Shown here one piece after another: positions 51,601 through 59,480 of a stretch of 64,000 nucleotides of DNA; position 1 is the stretch's first letter, and each line of letters opens with the position of its first letter. The position numbers and the translations under genes were made by a program. This DNA is from Haliotis rubra (Eukaryota): NCBI RefSeq assembly GCF_003918875.1, contig NW_025764967.1, positions 248,001-312,000 on the forward strand, read 5' to 3'. Below the pieces are notes generated by a model. The model was given only the letters and a program-made list of their open reading frames with translations, searched no databases and was not told the DNA's origin.

Positions 51601-54600
51601 TTCATGAGGGGCTTACTTGCTTCGTTTCATCCATTATTCAAATGGATGTAAGCTACATACCCCAGAGACAGGGATGTACTAGATTGTTACACAGCCGTAT
51701 TGAAAGCAGAGTCTGTGATAAGCTGCGCAACCGATAAAATACGCATATAAAATTCCAATCACGCAAAAAAGTTTAAAACAACACGCGTACGGAATACATT
51801 TTATGAAAATCATTTTGCGTAATGAAAAAGCACATCGATCCGCTAAGTTGAAAATTGTTAGTATAGACAAGTGCTGTACCGTCCATCTAGCATAATAGAT
51901 CTCCCTTTTATGAACTCCACTTCTACTATATTTGGTTGGTTTTGATTTAGGCATGATATAGTCATACAAGACCGAATAAATCTGCTTAGTAAATTTACCG
52001 TTCCACATAATACCTATATGAGCATGGACTCTGTCATACCAACATATTTGAAAGCAGTGGGTAACGGAAAACGAAATACCCACTCAACATCCATAATAAT
52101 TCAATCTAAAACATACAGTGGGTACAGCACCACATGATTTCAATCTTTATCTGGAGCCACCAAGCTTTACAAATATACAGTGTATCAAGCACATCTTAAT
52201 CGCGTTCGAGCATGCCACAAAATGCATAAGTGACGGGAAGCATTCTTTAGCACTACAAAATCGCATGTAGATAAGGCTCAGGAATATCCATGCACTCTGG
52301 GCCAGCTGGGCAATCCTAGTGGTTTTCAAAGCTCATCTCCTCACGCCCAAGGTCCACAGACATCGACCCCCATACTGGTCCAAAGTTCAACTCCAGCTGC
52401 CTCTGCTGTGAGGTGCTGTTCCGAATATTATTACTGCCCTACTTTTAATCACGCTTTGAAGGGACTTTTTGTTGTATTTAGAATCTGCCTATTGCCAGTC
52501 TGGGTACTTCCGCTGGCGCCTGAACACAGTCACTGGCCCTAGAGCGATGCAACACAGATGGATGAATGTGTCTTTACCCTCTCTCCCAATCCACAGATAC
52601 GCCTGTCGTGTTCCACACCTTCCCAGAGGTGCCCTGTTATTGGTGCGCTGAGGACGTCACCAACAGCCCTCGTGCCATGAACCACGTCCACATTTCGACA
52701 CCCTCATCATAGATGAATATTCGTCGAGCACTCTTGCTGTTTTCAGCCCTTGTCGTAAGCAGTTGTGTTAACAAGCGCATACACCCCGGGTGCGATATAG
52801 ATGAACCTGACTGCTGTAGATATCTCTGAAGGCCAAGGATGATGTAAAACATTATTCAAACCTTGTGGGAGGTCGGAAATGCGACACAAAATAGCCAGCC
52901 AAATACGGATTACAACATAGCAGTGTAACACTACTCCCTGGTTTCTAACATGATTAAGTAAACTGAGCGAGCCAGTGCCAATGACAAGCTGACTAGTATA
53001 ATAAAGTGGGAGTTGATGTCCACCACACCCTCACCAGTATGTCAGTAAAGGTTAATGTACATCACTCCGACCAGTGGCGCCAGTGAGTTGATGTCCACCA
53101 CACCCAGATCAGTATGTCGGGTGAGTTGATGTCCACCACACCCAGACCAGTATGTCAGTTGGAGTTGGTGTCCACCACACACCCCTGACCAGTATAAGCC
53201 GATGAGTTGACACCATGTCAGTCTGGTGTCGGAGGAAAGATGATCCAGGTCTCCGAGATGACAACTGACCAGCTTTTGGATGATGTCGAGGACCATAATG
53301 GGCTGCGTTTGGTTGGTATCTCCTTGACCAGCTGATCCTGACATTTCTAAAGGAGGTACTGATTGAGGACTGACGAATATTATCTGAGGTAACAGCTATA
53401 CTCCGCCCTATGTCTGTTTCGATTCAAAGGCCAGCGATTTCTCCCCAAGTCGAGAGAGTCGTTGGGATGTTCGTCATGAAGCCCTTGCAGACCCTGACAC
53501 CAAAGCAGGAGTACACTCAGTACATCATCCCTCCATCCTTGCCAAGAGACATTGATCGGGACCTGGAGACAGGAGAATACATCGTATGCAGGAAAGCCAT
53601 TAACACATTTGATCGCGGGACTGGAGACAGAGAATACATTGTCAGGTGTATATGAAAGCTCATTAACAACAATGATCGGGGCCTTGAGACAGGAGAATAC
53701 ATTGCAGGTATAGGAAAGTCATCAACTTATTGATCGGGACCTGAGACAGGAGGAAATACCGTGCAGGGCATATGAAAGTCATCAACACATTGATCGGGGT
53801 CATGAGTACATGGAGAATACACTGCAGGTGTATATGGAAAGTCATCAACACATTGATCGGGACCTGAGACAGGAGAATATACATTGCAGGTGTATATGAA
53901 AGCTCATCAACATTATCCCATCGGGGCCTGCAGACAGGTGAGAATACATTGCAAGCGTATAGGGAAAGCCAATAACTTATTGATCGGGACCTGAGGACAG
54001 AATAAATATGCAGGTGTATACAACACTCATCAACACATTGATCGTAACCTGAGACAGGAGAATACACTGCAGGTGAATAGGAAAAGGCATCGACGTATTG
54101 ATCGGGCCTGAGACAGGAATACTACTCGCAGGTGTATAGGAAAGTCATCAACTTATTGATCGGGGCCTTGAGACAGGAGAATACACTGCAGGTGTATAGG
54201 AAACTCATCAACTTATTGATCGGGGCCTGAGACAGAGAATACACTGCAGGTGTAGTAGAGACAGCCGTATCAACTTATGATCGGGGTCCCTTGAGACAGG
54301 AGAACATAATTGCAGGTGTATACAACACTCATCATCAACACATTGATCGGGGTCTGAAACGACGAATGCACTGCAGCTGAAAACCCAGAGTATTACATAG
54401 AGACTCGCTTCTCATATCCCAGAATTACATACATCTTTAGCTGCAAAGGCTGACAACATTTTACATTATTTAATCAAGATCTTTGAGGAAAAATTACGGC
54501 TGGGCCCCAATGGACCCGTGTGGGTCTTGGCCAGAGATATCATGTCCCTCCGTAGCAGTTCTCCTCCACATCTACAACACTGCAGTGATGTGGGTCTATG

Positions 54601-57600
54601 AAGTCGAACCCGAGAATGTGAAAGGATTGATTCCAGGTCTTCCCTTCGTAGTAGTAGAGAGAGGTGACGAGGAATGCCGCTCTCCCTGTTCCTCACTCTT
54701 TAACGTACGCCAATATCGAAGCGTTCTAAAATGCGAATCCCCCATTCTGAGGGAAGAAGAATAGAGAGATAAATCTAGTTTAAGTAATAACGTAATGCGC
54801 TGTTTGGCAATATCCTCAATCATCTCATTCATCCAAACAACCTGGCTTGTTTTGAAATCAAGCAAAGAGCTTCGCGTATACAGTAGAAGCACTGGCTCAG
54901 ATCGCGCGTCAGGAATTCGAAATCATGACTGATGTGTTTTTCATCTCTTCCGTGAGTAAACGGATTACCGTGTACCAGTATATCGCACGGTGATAGGGAT
55001 TTCCTGTGGCAGTGCAATAAACGCTTTCCATTGCGTTGGCCACCGTTGGTTGGTTTCACTGCTATTAGTGGCTTGCAAAGAGACAGCTGGCAGTTCCGGT
55101 AATCACTGATTGGTGCGAAATAATTGACCGCGCTGATGTAGTCTTAAACTGTCAATTCCGCGCAAAATTGCACCACGCGAAAATAAGTACGTTTACAGCA
55201 GCAAAAATGCCGCTTAAGTAATATGTATTGTTACATTATCCTTAACACGAAAAATCTAATCAATGAGCATTTGGTATTGTACCCAAATACGCACGTCATT
55301 TATGAATCCCTCATCAGTCCTTAGTGGTGACTCACATGTCGCCACCTCCACTGGAAGCTGAGAGAAACGTTTCCGCAGTGACGTCCCTCTCGCAGGTCAG
55401 CTTTAGATTGATGAGGTGCCGTCTTACTGGAGCTAATTGCAGGTTGGTCGTAATAGTACTCGCGAATGATGGTATTTATCCGGAAGACAAACCAAAATTC
55501 CCAGATTCCGTACATCCATCGGATTCACCCATACTCTGGATACTCGTAACCTGCAACGGTAAGTAATGCTAATTTAAAGGATCAAAGCGGTGCTGGGTAT
55601 GGACAGAATATAGTAAAAATATGCAGGGAAATAACTAATATGCAACGGCGATTATGACATTCAATAAACTGCAGTTCCATAGTCGTACCTATAGAACATA
55701 CATAATGAAGCAACAATAATGCTCAAAAATTCCGCAATAATATCGAGTTCGGTCAAAGATATTGCCATGCTTAACTAATACACCATAAAACGGTAAAAGT
55801 CCTGGCGCAATGACAGAAAATATTGGCGTAAGAGAATGGAGTCTGGATTCCGACAATATCGAACATGATAAGAGTTGGCATAATAACTACGGTGGCATTA
55901 GCGAACAGAATCCTTGACTAAACGTTGACCACTCCATCACAATGTCAAACACATGCAAGTTTCATGTCAATTTAACCATTACGTTCACCGTTCCTACTTC
56001 CTTGTAACTCCAAACGTTGCCGTGGCTCTTGATGATGCCAACAGCAAAGTCCCTCCAGCCGCTAGGCGTAGTTCAAGTGGTGGAGTAGCAGTCACAGGAT
56101 GAACTTGGTCTCGAACTTCATAGTAGATCGTCCTGGCGTCGTTTAAATGCTAAATCAGCGACTCCTCCTGGGGCGCTCCTTCAATAAGTGGTCTGGGGCT
56201 TCCAACCCGGTATCCAGCCCCTGGCCCCAACAAATCTCTCAGTGCAGTGTTGTACAAGCAATGGACGGGTATGTGTCAGACTGAAATTTAATACAAACTG
56301 GTCTGAATTCAGTCGCTATCTTCTTTACATCCAGTTTTATTTCTTCTCTGATCTGAACCCAATCCTTTACCGCATCTCTGTTCTGGAACGGTTCAGAATC
56401 ACCACTCAGATGCAGCTTAAGTGAAAATGGCGGCGCCATGTACAAGGTTCAAAGCAAGACACGTTAAACCTTAATACAGGGAAAAGCAAAATACACGAGG
56501 TATGTATAGATAGAATAGGAAATAGATGTTCAGGGCAGAAAACATATATCAAACGGCCTCCAAATCATCCGAGCGTGGACTGCTAGATAACCCCGTGAAA
56601 GGCAGGAAACAGATCGGGCGTAATTCCCATCTTCTAGGACAAGAGTGGATACTGGGGCCCTGCTTTCGTGACCAAGGCAGCAGTGGAAAGCGTTCACCAC
56701 TACTGTGTAATAAGCAGCGATTTAGCGTAAGGATAGCCAGAAGCTTCATTGATCAGGAATATAGGTAAAGCACTTCTATAATAAAACTTCTGCAATATTC
56801 CCTCCCGAAGCTATAGTCTTTAAAAGCGTAAATAATTGGTTTTGTAGATGTATTTTGTTCCTACTTTTCTCGCAGTGGACGCTGACAGAAACCCGCTGCG
56901 CGGTGATACAATTCCTATGCTATCTACCGCACAACCTGTGGTAGCACTGTAGCTGTTGGCTTACTCCCGCCATGAACAGGCCTCCTGAAAACATGCTACA
57001 GCATGGTCGCAGCGCTGGGGTCACACCTCGGACAGCAAATTCTCTTAACTACAGGCACCATCGCTTCAGTCAAATACAGGGACATCAAGGTCACTCAACT
57101 ACAGGCACCATCATGTCAGTCATCACCGGACGGTAAGTCCCCAACTACAGGCACCATCATAGTTGGGGTCACATGTGAATAAATAAGGTCACCAGCTCAG
57201 GCACCCACTACGTCAGTCGCCATTGCGACAACAAGGTCACTAGCTATTATGGGCAACACTTCTATGCTCAGTCACACCTGACAGCAAGGTCTCTCTAACT
57301 AAGCAGGCAATCTACGCCATGTCCGTCACATAGACAACAAGGTCACTTCAACTTACAGGTAATCTATCATGTCGTAACGCTAATTCGACAGTTAAGGTTC
57401 TAACTGCCGTGGCTGGCAAATTCATCAATGTCAGTCAGCATCGGGATACCTTGGCGTCAACAACTGCAGGCACCGTCAGCAATCAAATGTAAACTACAAA
57501 TAATAGACGCTTTATGTAAATACCTTCCAAATTCACCAAAATAACCTGATTCAGATTGTAGTGTGGTTTTTGATATTCCCATTTGCTGGCTTCATAAATT

Positions 57601-58500
57601 GCGGTGATCAAAACTTCTACCACCAATCTGATCCGTCCAATAGGAAGTACCGCAAACCTTTAATTGTTAATGCTGTAGTAAGTTGGGGCATTGAATGTTA
57701 AGCATTTTAAAGATGGGCGATCAGCGCCCCACCCACGTCAGCGGAACTTTACGCCGAATGCAGGATTTTGTCTGTGGTGATTTATGTAGGCCTGTTCCCC
57801 CGCCAGCTCCCCTGCATACCCCTCACACCTGAAATTACACCTGGTCAGATGGAGTACATGCAGTCCTCCAGGGTCAAGCAGTAGAGTGGAGATGGCCGAG
57901 CTACTACCTCGTCCAGAGATTAATATTAGACGTACAGGCATAAGTACTCGCAATAAACGTTACAAAACTACAAGTTAATTAAGTACGCGATCATGGAGGA
58001 ATAGGGTGAAATACTGTACAAAAATATATATTGACACTCAATTCGGCATCGGTTGGGGCTGGTATAGCTTCATCATTGCAGCCGATGCAAATCCTGGGAG
58101 GTTACAGGTGCCCCGCATTTCCACTGAAGTCTTGCCATCGCTGTAGAGCGATGTGACGTTGTGTATCGACGTTGCAGGCGCTTGCAGCTTGATGTATGCC
58201 GTCGCAAATGGCTGAAAACGTCATAAGCAAGTCAGCTTGAAATGTGTGTTTGTCATTCCTTTGCTTTTATACAGTTATTCAGTGATGCCTTCAGCCGTAC
58301 CTATAATTGCTCATGGTTTCATGCTCTTCTCAACTGATATTTTACATCAGTGAAATGCATAATCCCTCTCTTGAATATATTGCTACAAACATTCGTGCTG
58401 CTGATACAGCATTGTACCGTGGGGACATCCATGGTTATCAGTAGATCGGTATCCAGATCGGTTGCACACATACCTTCGGTTGCAGTAATAATTGTCCTGT
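21397..58500 (-). CDS. Whole-gene span: giant multi-exon gene for a probably secreted protein (Cys-rich/EGF-like N-terminus, many FN3-like repeats, CBM/DUF642-like module); start codon not located
   Basis: 35 GT-AG exons from 43723 to the stop at 21397, phases compatible except one apparent 1-nt indel (~6.9 kb CDS); recurring module DxTPP..G.V.DG...D.DYQ...W.GF.D.ESGI..Y..VG...YY.TV.A.N.AGL...SDG; AATAAA on minus at 21360-21365 and 21289-21294. Confidence 0.85.
21787..22018 (-). CDS. FN3-repeat gene exon
   Basis: VRIEGSS..CVKDCQTGC; tag/gtatgt; phase 0 to 1. Confidence 0.75.
22169..22500 (-). CDS. FN3-repeat gene exon
   Basis: GHTPGDDDV..YTTVRCYNKVG..SDGV; cag/gtaggt. Confidence 0.88.
22704..22799 (-). 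CDS. FN3-repeat gene exon
   Basis: VDTDFL..ANWAVEDEES..VAIG; tag/gtaggg. Confidence 0.85.
   Translation of the reverse strand: MWIQISYHQGTWQPTGLWKMKSQIPSAVTSL
23239..23451 (-). CDS. FN3-repeat gene exon
   Basis: LVEGGTQL..YVSVLATNAAGL..VDMTPP..NDG; cag/gtaaat. Confidence 0.88.
23957..24683 (-). repeat. 20 x 36-bp tandem repeat of exon end plus 5' splice site
   Basis: Unit gagtctcccatcaccatgtaccagtgggcagtagGT; encodes ESPITMYQWAVG in frame. Confidence 0.95.
24649..25407 (-). CDS. FN3-repeat gene exon containing CBM4/9- or DUF642-like module (3' end given at first donor)
   Basis: SDGVVVDTSPP..NLVKNPSFE..W..HGSSYV..VDHVTL..SWHFTDSESPITMYQWAVG. Confidence 0.88.
25659..25956. repeat. 4 x 73-bp tandem repeat spanning a donor site
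   Basis: catac/catag at 25722, 25795, 25868, 25941. Confidence 0.92.
25946..26149 (-). CDS. FN3-repeat gene exon
   Basis: MHDTDYQ..SWHGFSDTDSTIITYFWCVG; cag/gtatgt. Confidence 0.85.
26380..26574 (-). CDS. FN3-repeat gene exon
   Basis: YFSSVVAYSRAGL..SDGVRVDVLPPVAGTVSDG; cag/gtatgt. Confidence 0.88.
26924..27071 (-). CDS. FN3-repeat gene exon
   Basis: DVDFQ..ISW..GILKYRVYISTSPGG; cag/gtgagc. Confidence 0.85.
27030..27445. repeat. ~7 x 60-bp tandem repeat spanning an acceptor site and exon start
   Basis: ctgcatcattcacatatagtctacatcc recurs at 27072, 27132, 27192, 27251, 27311, 27371. Confidence 0.92.
27990..28129 (-). CDS. FN3-repeat gene exon
   Basis: YSFFVRGWYD..SDGVMVDTAPP; aag/gtgagt. 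Confidence 0.82.
28372..28493 (-). CDS. FN3-repeat gene exon
   Basis: YEASLG..PTGVFD..VWFSVG; cag/gtattg. Confidence 0.82.
28590..28705. repeat. Intronic inverted repeat with ~38-bp arms
   Basis: gataaacgtactgtgtttggaaattagaagaatgttag vs ctaacattcatctaatttccaaacacagtatgtttatc. Confidence 0.85.
29225..29366 (-). CDS. FN3-repeat gene exon
   Basis: VTDVTDL..QDIGHSPSDTFMAARW; cag/gtaagg; supplies the required phase 1 to 2. Confidence 0.8.
29652..29817 (-). CDS. FN3-repeat gene exon (Cys-rich insert)
   Basis: VGLQSD..RRCQSYNCEGHCVCAVQDGAC; cag/gtaggt. Confidence 0.85.
29946..30086 (-). CDS. FN3-repeat gene exon
   Basis: VYVAIWAVNG; cag/gtaggt. Confidence 0.85.
30357..30535 (-). CDS. FN3-repeat gene exon
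   Basis: LAWLGFSDLHSGITHYIMTVGS; cag/gtacaa. Confidence 0.87.
30811..30964 (-). CDS. FN3-repeat gene exon
   Basis: LHDGSSYTVKVVACNMAGL..VDSSKP; cag/gtaaca. Confidence 0.87.
31240..31472 (-). CDS. FN3-repeat gene exon
   Basis: SNGFVIDITPP..WKFKDEES; cag/gtgact. Confidence 0.87.
32034..32248 (-). CDS. FN3-repeat gene exon
   Basis: WRGFQDPES..YEWRVGTTPGG..YTTVRAYNKAG; cag/gtgatc. Confidence 0.88.
32476..32662 (-). CDS. FN3-repeat gene exon
   Basis: YYVTVTACNMAGL..SDGVILD..DG..DVQYQ; cag/gtgatc. Confidence 0.88.
32932..33208 (-). CDS. FN3-repeat gene exon
   Basis: DTTPPSSGHVYDG..WEGFSDPHSSISHY; cag/gtaaag. Confidence 0.88.
33296..33417 (+). mobile_element. tRNA-derived SINE, degenerate copy
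   Basis: B-box-like ggttcgatt, body catgggtacaatgtgtga, ctcactca tail; matches 39103-39262. Confidence 0.75.
33540..33714 (-). CDS. FN3-repeat gene exon
   Basis: WEGALSDPESGITSYDVGVG..YFVSVK; cag/gtaatc. Confidence 0.87.
33715..34312. repeat. ~10 x 62-bp tandem repeat abutting an acceptor site
   Basis: caaccagaccacag at 33721, 33783, 33845 and onward. Confidence 0.92.
34396..34528 (-). CDS. FN3-repeat gene exon
   Basis: ATDFVN..SSGMLIDSTPP; cag/gtaagt. Confidence 0.85.
34716..35166. mobile_element. Possible degenerate Tc1/mariner-type MITE
   Basis: Short imperfect TIR tactcttcaaaa / ttttaagagta with TA at the right flank. Confidence 0.35.
35274..35390 (-). CDS. FN3-repeat gene exon
   Basis: GSHPGGEDV..LHDGHTIYASVT; tag/gtgcaa. 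Confidence 0.85.
35733..35838 (-). CDS. FN3-repeat gene exon
   Basis: VFWDGFLDVE..SGIAYYEVALG; cag/gtacgc. Confidence 0.87.
36233..36450 (-). CDS. FN3-repeat gene exon
   Basis: GRRYYVCVHA..CSDGVTVDVTPPSGG; cag/gtgaaa. Confidence 0.87.
36716..36806. repeat. Intronic AT-rich hairpin
   Basis: ttctgggttacatctt vs aagatgtaacccagaa. Confidence 0.75.
36841..37094 (-). CDS. FN3-repeat gene exon (apparent 1-nt indel near 37070)
   Basis: DADYTPY..LSAVWPTLRH..YTWAV..KCGHT; length 254 breaks phase by 1 nt. Confidence 0.75.
37516..38628. repeat. Tandem array of ~208-bp units: 5 truncated SINEs alternating with 6 copies of a ~73-bp flank
   Basis: Near-identical units containing (gtga)n tail, SINE body and reverse B box ggaatcgaacc. 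Confidence 0.95.
38834..39005 (-). CDS. FN3-repeat gene exon
   Basis: LAVRGYNKMGLST..VIDVVG; cag/gtgagg. Confidence 0.85.
39103..39262 (-). mobile_element. tRNA-derived SINE, full-length copy
   Basis: Minus strand: A box TAGCCTAGTGG, B box GGTTCGATTCC, body, (CTCA)n tail. Confidence 0.88.
39604..39768 (-). CDS. FN3-repeat gene exon
   Basis: FADPD..VDRYEWSL..TWQPV; tag/gtatgt; phase 0 to 0. Confidence 0.82.
40160..40389 (-). CDS. FN3-repeat gene exon
   Basis: GLNLQSG..AVKLC..SDGVTVL..PP..G; cag/gtgatg. Confidence 0.87.
40740..40881 (-). CDS. FN3-repeat gene exon
   Basis: EDQQYQLST..AAHW; cag/gtactg. Confidence 0.82.
40860..41340. repeat. ~7 x 66-bp tandem repeat spanning an acceptor site
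   Basis: ctgaaac at 40882, 40952, 41018, 41084, 41150, 41216, 41282. Confidence 0.92.
41440..41474 (-). CDS. FN3-repeat gene 35-nt microexon
   Basis: ttgcag/gtgagt; provides the needed phase 1 to 0 (GTQDWNPTHHNT). Confidence 0.7.
42026..42164 (-). CDS. FN3-repeat gene exon
   Basis: KYYTTVVA..SSDGV..IYDG; tag/gtactg. Confidence 0.85.
42336..42533 (-). CDS. FN3-repeat gene exon
   Basis: DSDYQ..WYGF..GIGTTPG; cag/gtgagt. Confidence 0.87.
42573..42716 (+). mobile_element. tRNA-derived SINE, degenerate copy
   Basis: ggttcgattccc, ttctggtgtcc, gatattgctggaa, actcact tail. Confidence 0.7.
42924..43207 (-). CDS. FN3-repeat gene exon
   Basis: GTSPYG..YYVSVRVTNIVGL..PSRGVVMD; tag/gtcagt. Confidence 0.87.
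43567..43723 (-). CDS. FN3-repeat gene exon
   Basis: LLVTW..ITDAD..YAAAVG; cag/gtaaga. Confidence 0.85.
44122..44346 (-). CDS. FN3-repeat gene exon with several apparent frameshifts
   Basis: VNWTGIDTESGIHDYE / APDILPF / FYIAIKAINKAGL in different frames; cag/gtaaag. Confidence 0.78.
44711..44863 (-). CDS. FN3-repeat gene probable exon (5' end uncertain)
   Basis: ..FCIQ..IYISTEHH|gtacga joins LFVNW in phase 0. Confidence 0.5.
45235..45596 (-). CDS. FN3-repeat gene exon, frameshifted (3' end approximate)
   Basis: GKYHVTVVAYNRALEVSDPVCSDGVTVDVTP. Confidence 0.7.
46775..47003. repeat. ~4 x 60-bp tandem repeat
   Basis: gacagtattaagtttgaggcagg unit repeated. Confidence 0.9.
47177..47386 (-). 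CDS. FN3-repeat gene exon
   Basis: VTVDASAPHPGVVHDG..WDGFFDRESGVKFY; tag/gtacgt. Confidence 0.87.
47633..47902 (-). CDS. FN3-repeat gene Cys-rich exon, frameshifted
   Basis: NCYCTPGTGCYHRHFQIKP / HDSDYFIQITVMNHAKL. Confidence 0.7.
48240..48950 (-). CDS. Two further frameshifted exons (~48240-48365 and ~48635-48950)
   Basis: WLAFDDHSG; DGDTVRFWVRAYD..VHVDTSP..NLWLTRGD. Confidence 0.65.
49300..51310. repeat. 32-bp minisatellite (~60 copies, increasingly noisy), intronic
   Basis: catagtgacatacgtcattggtcactgactgt. Confidence 0.92.
52500..52826 (-). CDS. Probable exon of the same gene, frameshifted (ends approximate)
   Basis: PGVYAL..TAYDK / AENSKSARRIFIYD / VSVDW. Confidence 0.55.
53008..53220. 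repeat. Degenerate short tandem repeat
   Basis: gagttgatgtccaccacaccc..accagtatgtc, about 5 copies. Confidence 0.7.
53545..54378. repeat. ~59-bp tandem repeat, ~14 noisy copies
   Basis: attgatcgggacctgagacaggagaatacactgcaggtgtat. Confidence 0.88.
54500..54700 (-). CDS. Possible exon of the same gene, frameshifted
   Basis: YYEGKTWNQSFHI..FDFIDPHHC..C. Confidence 0.4.
57015..57480. repeat. Highly degenerate ~50-bp tandem repeat
   Basis: Recurrent caaggtcac..actacaggcaccatc..gtcagtca. Confidence 0.6.
57760..58496 (-). CDS. Probable Cys-rich/EGF-like 5' exons of the gene (58418-58496, ~58050-58212, ~57760-57900), error-ridden
   Basis: cag|DNYYCNRRYVCNRSGYRSTDNHGCPH|gtacaa splices in phase 1 to ttttcag|AICDG; GTC..P..CIGCND; CEGYAG. 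Confidence 0.45.
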
Positions 58501-59389
58501 AGAAGAAACAGAACAGAGATGTATGTACCTACTTCATAGCGTAGACTGTTGTCAATAATATGGTCTACCTGAACACCCCGACAGTCCTTAATGTCAACAT
58601 TAGTCTTTATATGATGCCTTTGTCTCTGCAATAGCCACTGCACATATACATTACCAACAGCTCGCCGCTTCAGTAGTGTATTATGCGTCACCCTGGCGGG
58701 ATTTCTGGCGATGGCGGGTACATCCAACCTCGGCGCTTTCGCCATCCTTGGATCAGTCACTCCTGGTCAGGGGATATCATCATCAGTCCCGGTCCCCAGG
58801 CCTGGTTCCGTGCAGGCGCGCATGATTTATGACGTCAACCTGGGCCAAGATGGTGACGCGTTTCATGATTTGGCGTCCTCCGCGAATTCCGATCATCGCG
58901 GGATCGCGTGAGTCTCGCGGGATCTCAGGAGCGTAGACGCCTTCAAGATGGCGGAACGGGCGATGGCGGACGGGACGGACGGAGAGGGAAGGGGCTGAGA
59001 GGTTGAGGAGGAAAGGAGGGAGAGGAGGGAGAGGCGAGGGAACGATGGCGCGGCTAGATTAAGGAGTGCGCTAAAACATTGTGGATGCAGCAATTCTTCG
59101 AGAAAGGGCACCCTGAAAATGTTGCGTGGCTGGGTATCGAGGTATCTATTGTGGTGATGGTGGTGCACTGGAGGCCAAGCAATGCTAAACATCCGGTTCT
59201 GGACAAACCCAAGATGCTGAAGCAGAGAGCATTATGCGCCTGGCGTCTCTGATCGATAGGATGACCTTGTAATGGTAGAGTCAGCGCAAATGCCGCTTCG
59301 CCACTTCACTTTCGGCGGTCTAATGCATTGGTAGGTGGATGCTTCGACGTTTCTGGCCCTTTGTTAGAGCAGTTCATACCTTACATGGT

Positions 59390-59480
59390 CCCTCTTTACC
59401 ACAGCAGGACGCGCAGGGATGTGGACAGCTGTAACTGAGATGACCTTCTTCTGTTTTTCCACAGTTGTAGCAGGTGTTGT
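59390..59480 (-). other. CCHC zinc-knuckle-like coding relic
   Basis: CYNCGKTEEGHLSYSCP. Confidence 0.4.
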
